Notes under the pieces: model-generated
Told to the model about the DNA's origin: nothing
Databases searched by the model: none
Seen by the model: the letters and a program-made list of their open reading frames with translations, nothing else
Assembly (NCBI GenBank): GCA_013265495.1
Contig: MU058252.1
Location: forward strand, 1,336,244-1,400,243
Direction: 5' to 3'
DNA length: 64,000 nt
Origin: Vicugna vicugna
Lineage: Eukaryota
In this document: in pieces, positions 61,731 through 64,000 of the stretch
Position numbering within the stretch: position 1 is the first letter of the stretch
Layout: every line of letters starts with the position of its first letter
Position numbers and translations under genes: made by a program

Positions 61731-62334
61731 AAAGGAGCCAGTGTGACGGGAGGCAGGGATGGGACTGGAGGAGGCAGCCTGGCGGAGCTGCATGGTCTGG
61801 CCCCAGGTCAGCTCCGCCTCCTCCCTCAAGCCTTTCCCTTGGGGACCTTTGCCCGGGCTGGTCCCTATGCCTGTGGCTCTTCCCGCCCGATGACCTGCAG
61901 GTTGCTGCAGGTCTGAACCAGAAAGCCGCCTCCTCCCCAGGGCCTTCCAGCGTGCTCTCTCCTTTGTTCTCTCTCTTTGAGTCTGCCCTTCCTCATGCTT
62001 TTTACACCTTGCAATACTTTTTTTTATTCACCTGACTTGTTTTCGTTTGTTTCTAATCTTCCTCACGCAAGCTCCAAAACGGGAAGAAGCCTGGCTGCCT
62101 TGACTCTCCTTTGCTTAAACCATGTCGGGTACAAAGAAACTGCTCCCATGTTTCCAGAGGGAGGAGGGCGACGGGGTCAGAGTGGACACCGGGTGGAGCC
62201 CCGCTGGGGGAGGTGGGGACCGCAGGGGCAGGTGACTGGTTCAGACGAGGGAGCAGGACTGAATCCCAGGGCTCGGGCTCCCTGTGACCTGTCACAGTTG
62301 CTGAGCGCCTCCGTGACTTTGGTTTATGTGGGTT

Positions 62335-62742
62335 AGAGCGACCGCAGTTTACCAAACTAGAAATCAGAACTGAGAAAAATTTTAAATCTTTATTAATTGA
62401 TTTTCAATGAAACTTATATAGTCAGTTGGTTTTTATGAAAAATTATAGCGCTATTTTCCCAGTGTAGTTAGACGAGTGACATTATTTACATATTCTTACA
62501 AACCTCTTCAAAGTCAGGGCGATTAGCAGACAGTCGGACCCTTAGATCTGCTTCTGCATTTAATCTGTTGCACTGTCTTATGCTGTGTAGCCTCTGGAAG
62601 GCTCTGCTGTACGCCTGGGAGAGAATGGGAATGAAAAAGGCAAATGATGTCTCCGAGTGGGTGTGAAACTAGCTCGGGCCGGTGGAGGATCTCTGGGACA
62701 CCGCCTCCGCCGCGGACTCGGGCCACACTTTGGGAACTGCTG
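62335..62742 (-). mobile_element. hAT-Charlie (Charlie1-type) DNA transposon remnant
   Basis: atctgcttctgcatttaatctgttgc and the terminus ccacactttgggaactgctg, reverse-similar to the 37634 copy. Confidence 0.65.
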
Positions 62743-63914
62743 GATTAAGAAGCTACTTCGGAGGCAAGACTGACAGGCCTTAGTTACACTATTATTACTG
62801 CTCACAGTTACTGCATGTTTTTAATCCTTGCAGCAGCTCTACGTAGCAGGAACCATTAGTATCCCCAGGTCCCTCATGAGAAGCTGTGATGACTTGGTGA
62901 CATTAACCAGCATGAATTTTGCATTTACATATATATATCTGTGCATCCTTTTGTTCACAATGAAACTGGACGTTTTTATTTTTAAGAATGTGACCCAAAC
63001 AGATAATGATGAATTTTATCATCTCTGAATGGTGAGGCTAAGCCTAACTCCAAACAATGAGCCTCAAACATAAAAGCGCCTTTCATTACCCTCCATTACT
63101 TTGGAAATCTAACTTTGATTTAAATGTATTTTTGAGCCATTTCATTTTTAAGAGCCCATTTGGGAATCTTAAAAATTAATTAAATCTTTTATCTTCAAAG
63201 TTTAATTCCTCCACCTCTGGCATATTATCTATGGCTCTGAGAAAAATTGCCAATCACTCGGGTAATTTGCACCTAAAATAAAGGTGCAGGGAAATTGAAA
63301 TTAGAAGTAGCTAGAATAGCAGTTCCTTGGTTTCTCCTGCTGGCGTTTTGGGCCCAAATTCACAGAACCTTCATCTGTCTTCACAGCTTCCTTTCTCAGG
63401 CCCTGGGTGCAAGGCTCACTCATTTTCACCACATAATGTTCCAGGTTTTTCTGTTTCCTGCCCGTTTCCTGCCAGCTTTGCCTGTGCTCCTTTCTTCTCT
63501 TGACATCAGTCACACTTGTCACCAACCTGGTCCCCACCCACCCTGACTCCTGCCTGGAGTGGCAGTCCTTTGCCCAGAGGATGTCCCATGTGCTGTTCCT
63601 CCGCTGGACCTGATGGAGCACACGTCTCATGTCAGGGGCCGCAGGCAGCACTGCACGGGCACCATCTCAGCTCACGCCCGTAAAGCCCCGTGTGGCTGCT
63701 GTCACCCACTGCACAGATGGGACAGTGAACTGGACAGTGCTGAGTCACTCGCCCAGAGACCACAGCCAGCACAAATGGAAAGTGCAGATGCATTACTGGA
63801 ACCCAGGTCTGTCTGACTCTAAAGCTCTGTTCTGAACCCCTGAACTCTCTTTTACCTCTGTGTCTTTGTAAATGCTGTTTCCTCCACCTGCTTTTCTTTC
63901 CTTCTTTCTTTCTG

Positions 63915-64000
63915 GTCTTATTTATTTTTAACTGAAGTCTAGTTGATTTACAACGTTGTGTGAGTTTCTGGTGTACAGCACAGTGAGTCAGTTACATACA
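63915..64000 (-). mobile_element. L1 3' end (runs off the window edge)
   Basis: actgaagtctagttgatttacaacgttgtgtgagtttctggtgtacagcacagtga. Confidence 0.75.

Noticed and set aside
28000..64000. Exons of the expected neighbouring gene XRCC2
   Set aside because: No RecA/RAD51-like peptide appears in any ORF; the gene presumably lies beyond the window.

Overview
Mammalian genomic DNA, very probably a camelid, because about 12 copies of a tRNA-Ala-derived SINE of the camelid Vic-1 type are present. It is not prokaryotic, and there is no CRISPR array, operon or RNA gene. The window holds the 5' end of KMT2C (MLL3) on the minus strand: CpG-island promoter, a 5' UTR with uORFs and a GGC repeat, coding exon 1 (7582-7422) and part of intron 1. 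About 7 kb upstream on the plus strand is an intact intronless CCT8-like chaperonin retrogene (CCT8L1/CCT8L2 family, 547 aa). A second CpG island at about 26.0-27.6 kb has no recognisable coding gene but carries five same-strand CCAAT boxes at a ~50-bp period. The rest (about 28-64 kb) is repeat-rich intergenic DNA (L1, L2, MIR, MaLR/ERV LTRs, hAT transposons, SINEs, microsatellites). The most interesting observations are the phased CCAAT array, an ATG-initiated poly-glycine uORF reading through the GGC repeat of the KMT2C leader, and a sharp GC3 step inside the CCT8L gene together with degenerate ATPase motifs. I found no clear evidence of a wholly new multi-gene system. Repeat subfamily names and boundaries were assigned by eye and are approximate; comparisons to human sequences are from memory and need checking.
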